Made by a program: the position numbers and the translations under genes. A stretch of 64,000 bases of DNA from Vermamoeba vermiformis. Lineage: Eukaryota. The notes beneath the pieces were generated by a model that was not told the origin of the DNA, made no database searches, and was given only the letters and a program-made list of their open reading frames with translations. The stretch covers positions 248,001 to 312,000 of the forward strand of contig JBEWZL010000123.1 of the NCBI GenBank assembly GCA_045837725.1, given 5' to 3'. Below are positions 25,386-36,908 of this stretch, in pieces. The stretch's first letter is position 1, and every line of letters begins with the position of its first letter.

Positions 25386-27824
25386 ATGTCTAATTTAGCA
25401 GCATTATTTGTTCTTGGGTGCGGCTGTGATTATGAACCGACTCCCGAAGAGATCGAAGCTCAACGAAAATACATGGAAGAGCAGAAAGAAAGAGAAAAGC
25501 ACACGATCTTCAACATTTATCAATTTCAAACAATGGCAAGAGTTGGGGGAGAAAACGGAGGCAAGTTGAACGAACGGATTTAATAAATTTAAATTTTAAA
25601 TTTGGCTTGCGCTTCAAGCTCGGCTCGCATCTAAGAATTATAAATTAATCATTTAAAAATGAGGAATTATACCCAAATTAATCAAATCCGTTTAGCTCTG
25701 GGAGTTAAGGTTCTTCGTGACAAAACCGGCGTGCTGCACTTCATGGACACGAAAGTATGGCCATTTCATTACCCTTTTTGCGTCAGCAACCTCGATGAAA
25801 AGAGGTAAGTGAGCGATTACGAGTTATTTTTAAGGCTTGGCTCTGGAATTCTAAACCGTGAATTCACAGGACTTTGCAAGAATTCAACGAGCAAGTTTAC
25901 ACCGGCAAAGACCGATCGATGATGTTTGCGACTATAGTAAGGTACAACAGTCCCGACAATAAGGGCCATTACTGCTTGGAGTTGAATCCGGCAGATCCAA
26001 TGACGGAACTTGACGCGCTGAATGGGTTCTTCGAAGACGTCAAAAAGAACTTTTGTTGTCCTAATGGCAGTAGTGAACATGTTCTTCACTTTCACCCAAC
26101 TTCAGCGGTGCAAATCGAGGCGATCAAGGGCAAGAAGTTAAACTTGCCAGTCATAACTTCAGAACAGATCTACGGCAACATCAAGTTCAAGTTGGTTCAA
26201 GCTGGTGCAATGAAGAACAAGAAAGTGCATGTCTTCTATAGTAGGGAATACAAAGAGGAGGAGCTGAACAAGTGGCTATTGAAACGAACAGCAGATGATA
26301 TCGTGGTTATTCCGTCGGTGCCGAGCGACATCCCCGTTGTTGGTGGCGTGATCTGCGGTGAGATTATTCCGCCTTTGTGTCACGTGGCGTTGTTGTGTCA
26401 GAACAGAAAGACGCCGTGCTGCTTCGTCAAAAATTGTGTTGCTATGATCAATCGGGCAGGCAGTTTGATCCATGCGAAAGCGGCGAATGGTCTCATCACA
26501 AAGGCTGGATTCTACTTGGACGGAGAACACTTGGACAGCACTGCTGCTGTCATTCCAGAAACCCCTCTCAAGATCGAGATCAAAGCGCCGAACACCTCTG
26601 TGACCAAATTGATCGATATCCATGACGACGATGCCAAGGACATTCACGTTGTTGGTGCCAAAGCAGCGCAACTTAGCAAAATTGAAGCACACTACAGCCA
26701 GTCAATCTTCAAAGGCACATTCGTCATTCCGTTCCATCATTACGAGAAACACGTCTACAAAAATAAGGAGGTCGCTGACGATGTCGAAAAGAGGCTGCGT
26801 CTTCTGAAAGAGAACGCTGATCATATCAAAAACTTTTTCAGACTTCAAGAAGCTATTCAAAAGCAGGAAATCGATGGCGAGCTAGTTCAGAGCGTGATCG
26901 AGAAGATCAAACAACACAACATGACATCTGTCATCTTCAGAAGCTCAACGAATGCTGAAGACTTGACAGGATTCAACGGTGCTGGATTGTACGAGTCTGT
27001 TCCGTTGACAGGAAGCAGCGTACAAGATGTCCAAAAAGTCGGTGAAGCGATAAAGAAAGTGTGGGCCAGCGTTTGGAGCTCGAAGTGAGTCATTAGTACT
27101 TATTAATGTTATTTCGCGTACTAATTTGCTGATTGAAGGGCTGTGCTGGAACGCGAGCATTATCAGATGAACCACGAAAACGTCAACATGGCGATCTTGG
27201 TGCAGCCATTCATCGACAAACAGTTGCAAGGTGTCAAAGTGCATTACAACGGAGTGTGCATCACTCACGATGTGGCTCGTCACAAGGTCAAGCACGGGTT
27301 CTTGGTCAACTGGTACGTTCGAGTGCTACAGCGTTAGCTCTGTCTAATTATCTAACTGGGTCACTTGCAGTTTCCCCGGCAGCGAGCTCAGAGCCACAAA
27401 CTATTACAAAGGAAAGACTCCTGAACAAACAATGCTCGTGTTGGGTCGTGAAGCAAAGTCTATTGATGTGCAAATCATTACTACTGCTACTGGTGAGACT
27501 GGCTCAATGATCACGCAAGAAGACGCCGAGAAGATGGTGTCGATCTTTGGCTCACTTCACACATCAATGCTCAACAAGCCACACAAGCTCGATGACACAG
27601 TGGCACTCGACATTGAGTTCATGGTTGTTGACAACGACAAGTCGACCAACAAGCGTGAGATCGTGGTGTTGCAAGCACGTCCTTACACTGTCAACGTTGA
27701 GAATGCTGATGAATTTGATGAGAAGTTGCGTGAGTTCGCTACTCTTAACAGGTTCGCATACGTGTGGGCACACAGGATCGCATTCTATTATTCTACGGAT
27801 GAAGTTACTTCACCACCACAGTAA
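25386..27824 (+). CDS. Dikinase-like protein, copy B, 5 exons (first intron GC-AG)
   Basis: Same motifs and intron positions as copy A; reading frame intact after splicing. Confidence 0.85.
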
Positions 27825-28089
27825 AAAAATGCTTGGTTCAAATAAAAACCACGCTTACTTCCTAGCGATGAAAAGTTCAAACAATGCCAAAATATTAGAA
27901 GGGTATTAAGTGTGTTTTATTTTTGGTTGAAGATCCTCTACTACGGACAGCCCAGGCTTGTGAAAATCGTACGAAAAAGGAAATTTTTTTCATCTCGCGG
28001 GAGATTTAAGTCAAAAAACTATTGGCAATAAGTACAGCCAGCAGTCTTTTACTTATTCCAACAAAGAATAACACTACTCAGACCACAGA

Positions 28090-30562
28090 ATGTCGAATTT
28101 AGCGGCGTTATTCGTGCTGAGTTGCGGCAGTGATTACGAACAGACTCCCGAAGAGATCGAAGCTCAACGAAAATACATGGAAGAGCAGAAAGAACGAGAA
28201 AAACACACGATCTTCAGTATGTATCAATTTCAAGCATTGGCAAGAGTTGAAGGAGAAAGCGGAGGTAAGTTGAACGAACGGATTTACTTCCATAAAAATT
28301 TAAAAAAAAATTTAGAGGCCATTTTCTCGCCCAATAATTCTTTTTCACGCAAATCGAGTATGATCATAATTAAATTTCCTAAAATCAAAATTGTGGCTTA
28401 CCGTCTTTGCCCATCCGTTTAGCTCTCGGAGTTAAGGTTCTTCGTGACAAGACTGGCGTGCTACACTTCATGGATACGAAGGTATGGCCATTCCACTACC
28501 CCTTTTGCGTCAGCAACCTTGATGAAAAGAGGTAAGTCAGCGGTTATGAGTTATTTTTAGCTTACCGTTACTCCTTGTTGGCTCTGGAATTCTAAACGGT
28601 GAATTCACAGGACTTTGCAAGAATTCAACGAGCAAGTGTACACCGGCAAAGACCGATCGATGATGTTCGCTACTGTCTTGTCGTATCCTGGAAGCGATGG
28701 CAAAAGATACTACTGTATTGAACTGAATCCAGCAGATCCAATGACGGAACTTGACGCACTGAACAGTTTCTTCGAAGACGTCAAAAAGAACTTTTGTTCT
28801 AACGATGGAATACAATTCTTCTTCCACCCGACTTCAGCAGTGCAGACTGAAGCAGTCAAAGCTGGGAAGTTGACGCTTGGATGTGCTTAAGTCCGAGACA
28901 CTGTACGGCTGCATCAAGTACAAGTTGATTCAAGCTGGCACAATCGATCACAAGCGAGTGCGTGTCTTCGATAAAAAGAACTACAAAGAGGACGAGCTGA
29001 ACAAGTGGTTGTTGCATCGAACTGCTGATGAGATCGTGGTCATTCCATCGGTCCCGACGGATATTCCCGTTGTTGGTGGCGTGATCTGTGGTGAGATTAT
29101 TCCGCCTTTGTGTCACGTGGCGTTGTTGTGTCAGAACAGAAAGACGCCGTGCTGCTTCGTCAAAGACTGTATTACTATGTTCAGGAAGGGCAATTTGGCG
29201 GACATTGTCGTGGAAGGCGTCATCACAAAGACTGGATTCTACTTGGACGGAGCTGAAGGCTTTGAGAAATTGCAACACAAGGAGGCTCCAAAGATCGAGA
29301 TCAAAGCGCCGAACACCTCTGTGACCAAACTGATCGACATCCACGAAGACAAAGAGCACGCAAAGGACCTCCAAGTTGTTGGTGCCAAAGCAGCGCAGCT
29401 TGTCAATGTCGAGTCACATTACAGCCAACCAATCTTCAAAGGCACATTCGTCATTCCGTTCCATCATTACGACAAGCATGTCTACAAGAACAACGATACC
29501 ATAAGCACCATTAAAGTCAAGACGACACGAGCCAGGGGGAATGCGGAGAATTTCAACGAGTTCACTCAGGTCCAAGGAATGATACAGAAGCATAAGATCG
29601 ATGACGAGCTTGTTCAGAGTGTGATCGAGAAGATCAAACAACACAACATGACATCTGTCATCTTCAGAAGCTCGACGAATGCTGAAGACTTGACAGGATT
29701 CAACGGTGCTGGATTGTACGAGTCTGTTCCGTTGTTTGGTGCTAGCTTGCACGATCCTCAACAAGTCGCTGCTGCCATTAAGAAAGTATGGGCGAGTGTC
29801 TGGAGTCCGAAGTGAGTATTGATAATCACCTTGGTAATACTACGTCTTGCTTACCGATCTGTAGGGCCGTCAAAGAACGCGAGCACTACCATATGGAGCA
29901 CAAAAACGTCAACATGGCGATCTTGGTGCAGCCATTCATCGACAAACAGTTGCAAGGCGTCAAAGTGCATTACAACGGGGTGTGCATCACTCACGATGTA
30001 GCACGTCACAAGGTCAAGCACGGGTTCTTGGTCAACTGGTACGTCCTAATTAATTTTAGTTACTGCATAACAACCACTTTAGGTCTACTTTACGCACCTT
30101 CATAATGGACTAACGTGATCTCTTGTAGCTTCCCAGACTCTGAACTACGGGCCACAAACTATTACAAAGGAAAGACTCCTGAACAAACAATGCTCGTGTT
30201 GGGTCGTGAAGCCAACTCAGTGGACATGCAGATCATCACCAGGGCTACTGGTCAGATCACAATCGCTGATCACGCAAGAAGACGCCGAGAAGATGGTGTC
30301 GGTCTTTGGCTCACTTCACACATCAATGCTCAACAAGCCACACAAACTCGATGACACAGTGGCACTCGACATTGAGTTCATGGTTGTTGACAACGACAAG
30401 TCGACCAGCAAGCGTGAGATCGTGGTGTTGCAAGCTCGTCCTTACACTGTCAACGTTGAGAATGCTGATGCACTCGAAGAGAAGTTGCGCACGTTTGCCT
30501 TCTCACACAGATATTACTATGGCACTAACAAGTTTGCGTACCATTCGAATGAGGAGTATTAA
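28090..30562 (+). pseudogene. Dikinase-like protein, copy C, with two apparent +1 frameshifts (pseudogene or assembly errors)
   Basis: All motifs present; frame breaks near 28880 (LTL/DVLKSE) and near 30258 (TGQ/SLITQEDAEK). Confidence 0.65.
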
Positions 30563-30805
30563 ATAGATCAGAAATTTACCTTTCGAGATCCGTCAGTACA
30601 TCCTGGTAGTCAATATAAGATTGTCTTCTTAAGATTATTATGTCCAATCAACTGTAATACCAATAAATAAGTTCTTCGCGTTATTTAAATAATTCCGTAG
30701 TCTTTGGGACTAGTCCCCAGTGGTGGGACCAGAGAACCTTTGTCGCGTTTTTCGGTTTGTTGAGTTACGACTAATTCGATTAATATCAACAACATACAAG
30801 AGCGC

Positions 30806-31078
30806 ATGATGAGTAGTAGTACTTTATTACAATATTTTCGTCAAAAAGGTCTTTACTTACCGAATCTACTATTAGGTTTCATGTACATGTTTACAAGCGG
30901 CAAGAATCATAATAAGGACTTCGAGCCAGAGAAAAAACCTGAAAATAGATTTGGTTGGACCAGCACTATGCCCGAAACTAAGACCGGAGACGAATCTAAA
31001 CCTGACGTTAATCAAAGCGAAGCCAAAAATAATACAGAGCAACAAGGAAATACTAAAAGCATATTCTCGGGTAAATAA
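30806..31078 (+). CDS. Small hydrophilic hypothetical protein (possible short 5' intron)
   Basis: 90-codon ORF with a coding-like charged 3' part (DFEPEKKPENRFGW..); no recognisable domain. Confidence 0.45.
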   Translation: MMSSSTLLQYFRQKGLYLPNLLLGFMYMFTSGKNHNKDFEPEKKPENRFGWTSTMPETKTGDESKPDVNQSEAKNNTEQQGNTKSIFSGK

Positions 31079-31525
31079 TTAATATTTACGAGTTCACAAT
31101 ACCGGTATTTCAATTATGATAATATTTCATTTTTTTTGACCCGTGTATTTCCTCGTGCATGTAATAAATAGCTTTAGGATTGTTAATAATTCGAGTGGAT
31201 TATATCGCTCATAATTAAAGAGACGAGTGTTGTTTGAGATTTGACCCATCTATTCGTATGGTGTCACAAGAATCTTTTTTGATACTGAAGAGATATCAGA
31301 ATATTCCTAATTGTTGCTTTATTTTATCGACATTTACCTAGTTTGCCTAAAGACGTGTGTAGCGATAAATATTGTGTTGCAGTTACATTGCTGGATCTGG
31401 AAGAAAATTCAGTTTCCTATTTGCCGAGTTAGCAACGCGAAAAATCGTTCTAATTTCGTGAATTATCTGAAGCTTTCCTAACTTACTCATGTTTGTGCAA
31501 TGGTTCCATTTTTTCTACACGTTCC

Positions 31526-34500
31526 ATGTCGAGACAAGACTTCATGATGGGATCCGAACAAATGAGTTCGTTGGACTTAAAGGACGGCAGATCCACCATC
31601 TCATTCTCTCCTCGGAGAAAAAATAACATACTGGAGAGTCTTATATTCAATTTTTGGAGAACCAAAGAGATTGAACTAGCGCCGATAAAAGGTAAAACAC
31701 ATCTAAATTACTTGATGAATTCTAGTTCTTTTACTGAAGTATATGCGAAACAGAGGTGTCTCCCTCGCAGTCACAACAAAGTACGCCAGCAGTTACGCCT
31801 TCAATTGATCGAAGGGGTGCAACAAAAGAAGATCAGATCGACTCTACGCCTACATCTTTTGAATCTGATTCAAGTCCTCTTGAACGTTCAATGGCAGCAG
31901 CATCATTTTCCGAATCGTCTTTTGAAGTGTCACCTGTGACCGACAGACCGTTGCGCTGCGTCCAAAGCACAACTCAACTGATATATGACTCGAGTCCTGC
32001 TACGGATGTGCCTAAAAAAGAAAGTGCAGTCCACAAGACTCGTTCGGGCAGCATGTTGCTTCAAGTAGCGATTGCCGAGGCACTTAAGAAGAACAGACAG
32101 TCTATGAATATACAAAGAGGTGCAGAGGAAGAGCAAATTTTTAAAGAGAAAATGGCAGCCGAAGCTACATCCAAGAAAGAAAAGCGAAGGAGCAAGAGAG
32201 AGTCAATAACGCTGCCTAAAATTGACTTCGATGCATTAAACAATAACAAGAACGCTACAATTTCATCACCACGTCGTCCTCAAGAAGCAGATCCGTCTCG
32301 ATCACTTCCAGCCCTATTTAACCGACGCAGCCTTCAAATGAGCCCTTCAGATGCTGCTAAGGCTTCGCCTCGCAATGTCAGCCCTTTCAGTACGTTTCAT
32401 ATACTGCCGATAATCTTTCTATTGAATGTTTTACTCAGCTCGGAAATTTGACTTTTTTGTTTAATTTAAGTGTGTCTATTATTGCCACCCCGAATATTTC
32501 ATTTCAAGATCGTATCATGTTTATAATACGTATAATATAGGTGCTCGTATGGAGACATTTGTTCGCAAAACAAGCAGAGGTGCGTACCGGATCGTTTAAT
32601 GAAAAGTTTCGGATGTGGTTTTAACGTATTTGTAGGTAGCAGAAACTTTAGCGTACCATTATCACAATTGCCCTTATCACCGAATCAAGTGCCTTTAGTA
32701 TTAGAACAAGCTATTGACTTCTTGTGCAAGCGAGGTAACAAAATTTAAACGATTTCGTTGGAATCGAAGGAAATTTCAATATTTTAATTTGTACTCAAAA
32801 GGCAAAACAAAAAGAATTGCCATGTTTAATATTAGCTATATTTCCTAAATAAGTCCAGGTCTACAAATTGTATAACGAAACACGAACTGACAGATCTAAA
32901 TTTTATCCAGAGCTGGATCTCGATCTGTTGCTCGAACAAACAAAAGAGCATGTTGGCGCTGAATGGGACTATTTAGAACGTACCTTGATCGATAAGAAGG
33001 CATTGGTAGATTTTAGCGTATTGACTGAAGAAGATACGCCGCTTGTTTATCAAATCGTCAAATGGTTCATATCACATCTGCCCGAGTCTTTGTTGACCAA
33101 CAGAAAGATCGAGCCTGTTAAAGAAGCATTAGGTAAGATTCGATTGGTTATGAGCTAATTATAGCTCCGCAATATTAGAATTTCGTTAATTGATGAAAAT
33201 TTCTAGACATTGACGATGAAGAGCTGATCGCCTTAAATTTGCAAACAATTATCGCAACGCTTCCAGAACAAAACGAGCGCGTTCTAGAGCTCTTAGTTGG
33301 ATTTTTCCGCCACGTCATCAACTCGCTGGTCTCAAAGATGACTCCGACCCTCACCGAAAAACAACCCAAGAAAGAGAAAAAGAAGCCAAAAGTGACTAAA
33401 ACGCCCAGTACGACCTCTATTCAAAACATTACCATCGTAGTCGACAAAATCTGCCGCTTGTTCTCGCCAATTTTTTTCCCCGAAAGCGTGGTCGAAAAAA
33501 TTGACGGCGCAATGACCGAAGAAGACTCACTGTCCATGTCGCACAAATCGACCAAGTCTCAAAAAGCTAGTCCTAAGTCTAACAGACGCAGCACTAGTCG
33601 TAGAAACAGCATTGCGATGGATATTCCGCCTCCAACAAAGAGAATCCCGGCGGATCTAGTTGACACGTACGAGCGCCGTTTGTTGACTTTGTTTTGCAAT
33701 CACTTTGATATTATCTTCAGAGTAAGTACTTATAACTATAATTAGCCGCATCTAAATAAGGCAAATTCTGAATTCTAATGTTAATTTAGACCTATCTAAA
33801 ACGAGACATCGAGTTCCAAAAGTCCGATCAAAATGTCAGTATTGTCAAGCACGTGTCACCGGAGCGAGCTGTCATGTTGTGCCTTGACCAACACTATCGT
33901 AAGTTGAAATGTATAGTTATGTCCATAAGACTTGTACTAACTGAATTTTTTAGGCAAACACGATGGTAACTTTGTGGATGTGTTTTTGTCGACGCATACT
34001 TACTACTTGAGCCGCGTTCAATTCATCGAAAGAATGATCGAGCTTTATAAGAAGTATAACAACTCGAAGTTCTGGGAGGCTAACTTCCGTGAGAAGTAAG
34101 TTGCTTAAAAGTACCGGGCTCGATCTGCAGATCTAACCAATTTTTTAAAGCATTCTTGAAAGAATTAAGCGATGGGCTTCTATTGATATGCAAGTCATCA
34201 TCAAGGACAAGAAGATCTTGCAAATTTTGAGAAAATTTTTGACCGACACTGCGACCAAGAACACCATCACCACAGCCGAGCGAAGCATTCTTGACTCGAT
34301 TTCTGTCAACTTGCTTACCGCTCAAAAGGCCATGGTAAGTTATAGAAAGTATGATATATATATTTGCAAGTATTAATAGTACTGTAGGATTGTGCCAAGT
34401 TGAAGCGTCGATCGACTATCTGTTTGAAGCCCGAGCTCATGTTCAACGTGATGGCTTTTACGCCCAAAGCTGTGGCTCACCAGCTCTTGTTGTTGGACGT

Positions 34501-35648
34501 CAATATGTAAGTTATTTAGTGCTGTCATATTGGTTAGGGTCTCAGAAACTAATCGAACAACGACAGGATCCGCGAAGTTAAACCCTCAGAATTTCAAAAG
34601 AGTGCTTGGATGAAGCGAGATACTTCGCCAAATTATCACAAAATGGTCGATAAGTACAACCAGGTATGTATAATATATCATAATAAGACTTACCAGCAAT
34701 GTGCTAACGAGTTATCCAACGATACAGATCTCGAACTACGTTGCCTATAGTATTCTCGAGAAGCATAGTTCTATTGAAAACAGAATAGCTGCTCTTAGCT
34801 TCTGGATTAAAGTGGCTTCGGTAAGTTAAAGATGGCATTTTGGATCCGCTCGATGGCACGTACTTACGTTAACTATTCTAGGAATGTGTTAAAGTTGCTG
34901 ACTTCCACTCTGCTTGGACCATCTACTGCGGCTTGACTGTTACGCCGATCACTCGTTTGTGGCAGACTTGGGAGGTATGTAACGAACTCCAAGTGCTGAA
35001 GTTTGACGGTCAAATTCAGCAATTTTTGACGAGCAAAGTTAGCTTACCAATTGTACCTTTAGAAATTGCCCAAGAAGTACATGTCCCGCTATAAGAAGTT
35101 GAAGGCGCTGTTCAATATGAACTTCAACTTTGGAGAGTACCGAAAACTTCTTGCCACCGCCAAGCCCAAGCTGCCGATCCCTGTCTTGGCCATCATCACT
35201 AAGGACATCTTGAGGTGAGTAATCTAACTGAATAATAGTATTAGTACCGGGGCTAATGATACAATAGATACGAGGAAGACGATACCGCTAACAAGGAGGG
35301 CTTGATTGACTTCGATAAAATGCGCGGCATCTGGAACACTTATCAAGGGTAAGTCATATTTCAACATAAAATCAATATAAAATCAAATTCATACTTTGAA
35401 AAATACGTGGAATTGATATTAACTGTTCGTTGTTCAGATTCTCGCAAGGTCAACATAACATCTACTTGGCTTCCATTAAAAAGAAGGACGATCTTTACCA
35501 ATTGTTTGCCAATATGGCTCTTAGCATTGAAGAGTCCGAGTTGAACAAGATGTCGGTTAAATGTGAAGTCTTGGCAGCAACAAGAAGTAGATTCGATCTT
35601 CAAGTTTTAATTCGTCATGTGAATAGCTTCGACATTATTTATTACTAA
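31526..35648 (+). CDS. RhoGAP-like + REM + RasGEF (CDC25) protein, copy 1, multi-exon
   Basis: RhoGAP-like FSVPL..VPLVLEQAIDFL..VKWFISHLPESLL; REM FVDVFLSTHTYY; CDC25 AHQLLLLD..SPNYHKMVDKYNQISNYV..DFHSAWTIYCGL..ITRLWQTW. Confidence 0.85.
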
Positions 35649-35798
35649 TTATTTATGCTTGTAAAATATGCACGCGTTTTTGTAAATAGCACTGGATAGC
35701 AACAGAATTTTGTCTCTGAAATAAACTTCATAAAATGAAATTTTTCAGATTTGTGACGTCATCAACGCATTATCCATTTATTCACAACAAACACGAAC

Positions 35799-36815
35799 AT
35801 GAATAAGGTTGTCGCTTTATTAGTCGTTGTTACTGTTTGCTTGGTCGGTTTTGCCCGAGCGCATGACGATCACGACCACGATCACGAGGAAGAAGTTGTT
35901 CGTGAAGGTAAATGTCTAAAATAATTGCTTAATATTCCTGTCGTAATATAACATCTGAAAAAAAATTATTTCTAGCAAGGCTTGTGTTGGTGGAATTATT
36001 TGATATTTTTTAATTTCGGTTTGAATTATTGTATTTGACGTATTAACCTTATTTGCATCATTATAGAGCTCTCATATGTAACTTGTGGTTCAGTAATTAA
36101 ATTGCGACACGTTGCAACCAACTATCGTTTGCACAGTCATGGCGTCAATTACGGTAGCGGATCTGGTCAACAATCAGTAAGCTTCAAAATAGCGCTATAA
36201 TATTACGAATATTTTTTAAATAATATTTGATAATTACTAGGTCACTACTTTCCCTGGCAAAGACGACGCGAATTCTTATTGGGTCGTTCGCGGTAACAAT
36301 AAGGTTGGCCATTGCAAGACTGGGTAAGCTTTAAATATAAGGTATTCATAGTATAGAGCATATATTAATATGAATTGTAACGATAGTGAGAAGATTAAGA
36401 ACGGCGGCACGATCCGTTTGCAACATCTGAACACGAAGAAAAACCTTCATAGCCATTTGCACCCTTCACCGCTGACCAATCAGCAAGAAGTTAGTGCTTA
36501 CGGCGACAACGGCGTGGGAGATACCGGCGATGATTGGAAGGTCGAGGTGACTACTGGCACTCATTGGAAGAGAGGCGAGACCGTCAAGTTCAAACACGTT
36601 GACACTGGCAAATACTTGCAATCTAACCGAAACCAATATCGCAATCCTATTCCTGGTACGCCCTATAATATATAATAGCTTGATAGAGTGCGTTTGATTA
36701 ATTTAATGTCGGATCAGGTCAACAAGAAGTTGCTTGCACGACTAACAAGGATAATTTGATTGAATGGGCTGCTGAGGAAGGAATTTACTTCCCGACCGAT
36801 TTTTCTGATAAATAA
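35799..36815 (+). CDS. SDF2: Stromal cell-derived factor 2-like ER protein (3 MIR domains), multi-exon
   Basis: Signal peptide; VTCGSVIKLRH..RLHSHGVNYGSGSGQQSV; IRLQHLNTKKNLHSH..QQEVSAYG; C-terminal W.AEEGIYF. Confidence 0.92.
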
Positions 36816-36908
36816 GTGCATCAATAATAAATTTATCAATTATATTTGTAAACGGCTGTTTTGTCCTGTCACGTAGCTTTATTTTTGTTTTTCGTTCGAA
36901 CAATAACA

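Noticed and set aside
21347-30562. Calling the array PPDK, PEP synthase or rifampicin phosphotransferase
   Set aside because: The domain order is reversed (His before ATP-grasp), and no C-terminal PEP/pyruvate barrel or terminal His domain is present
21347-30562. Bacterial contaminant or operon
   Set aside because: Copies carry spliceosomal introns at shared positions and are contiguous with intron-rich eukaryotic genes
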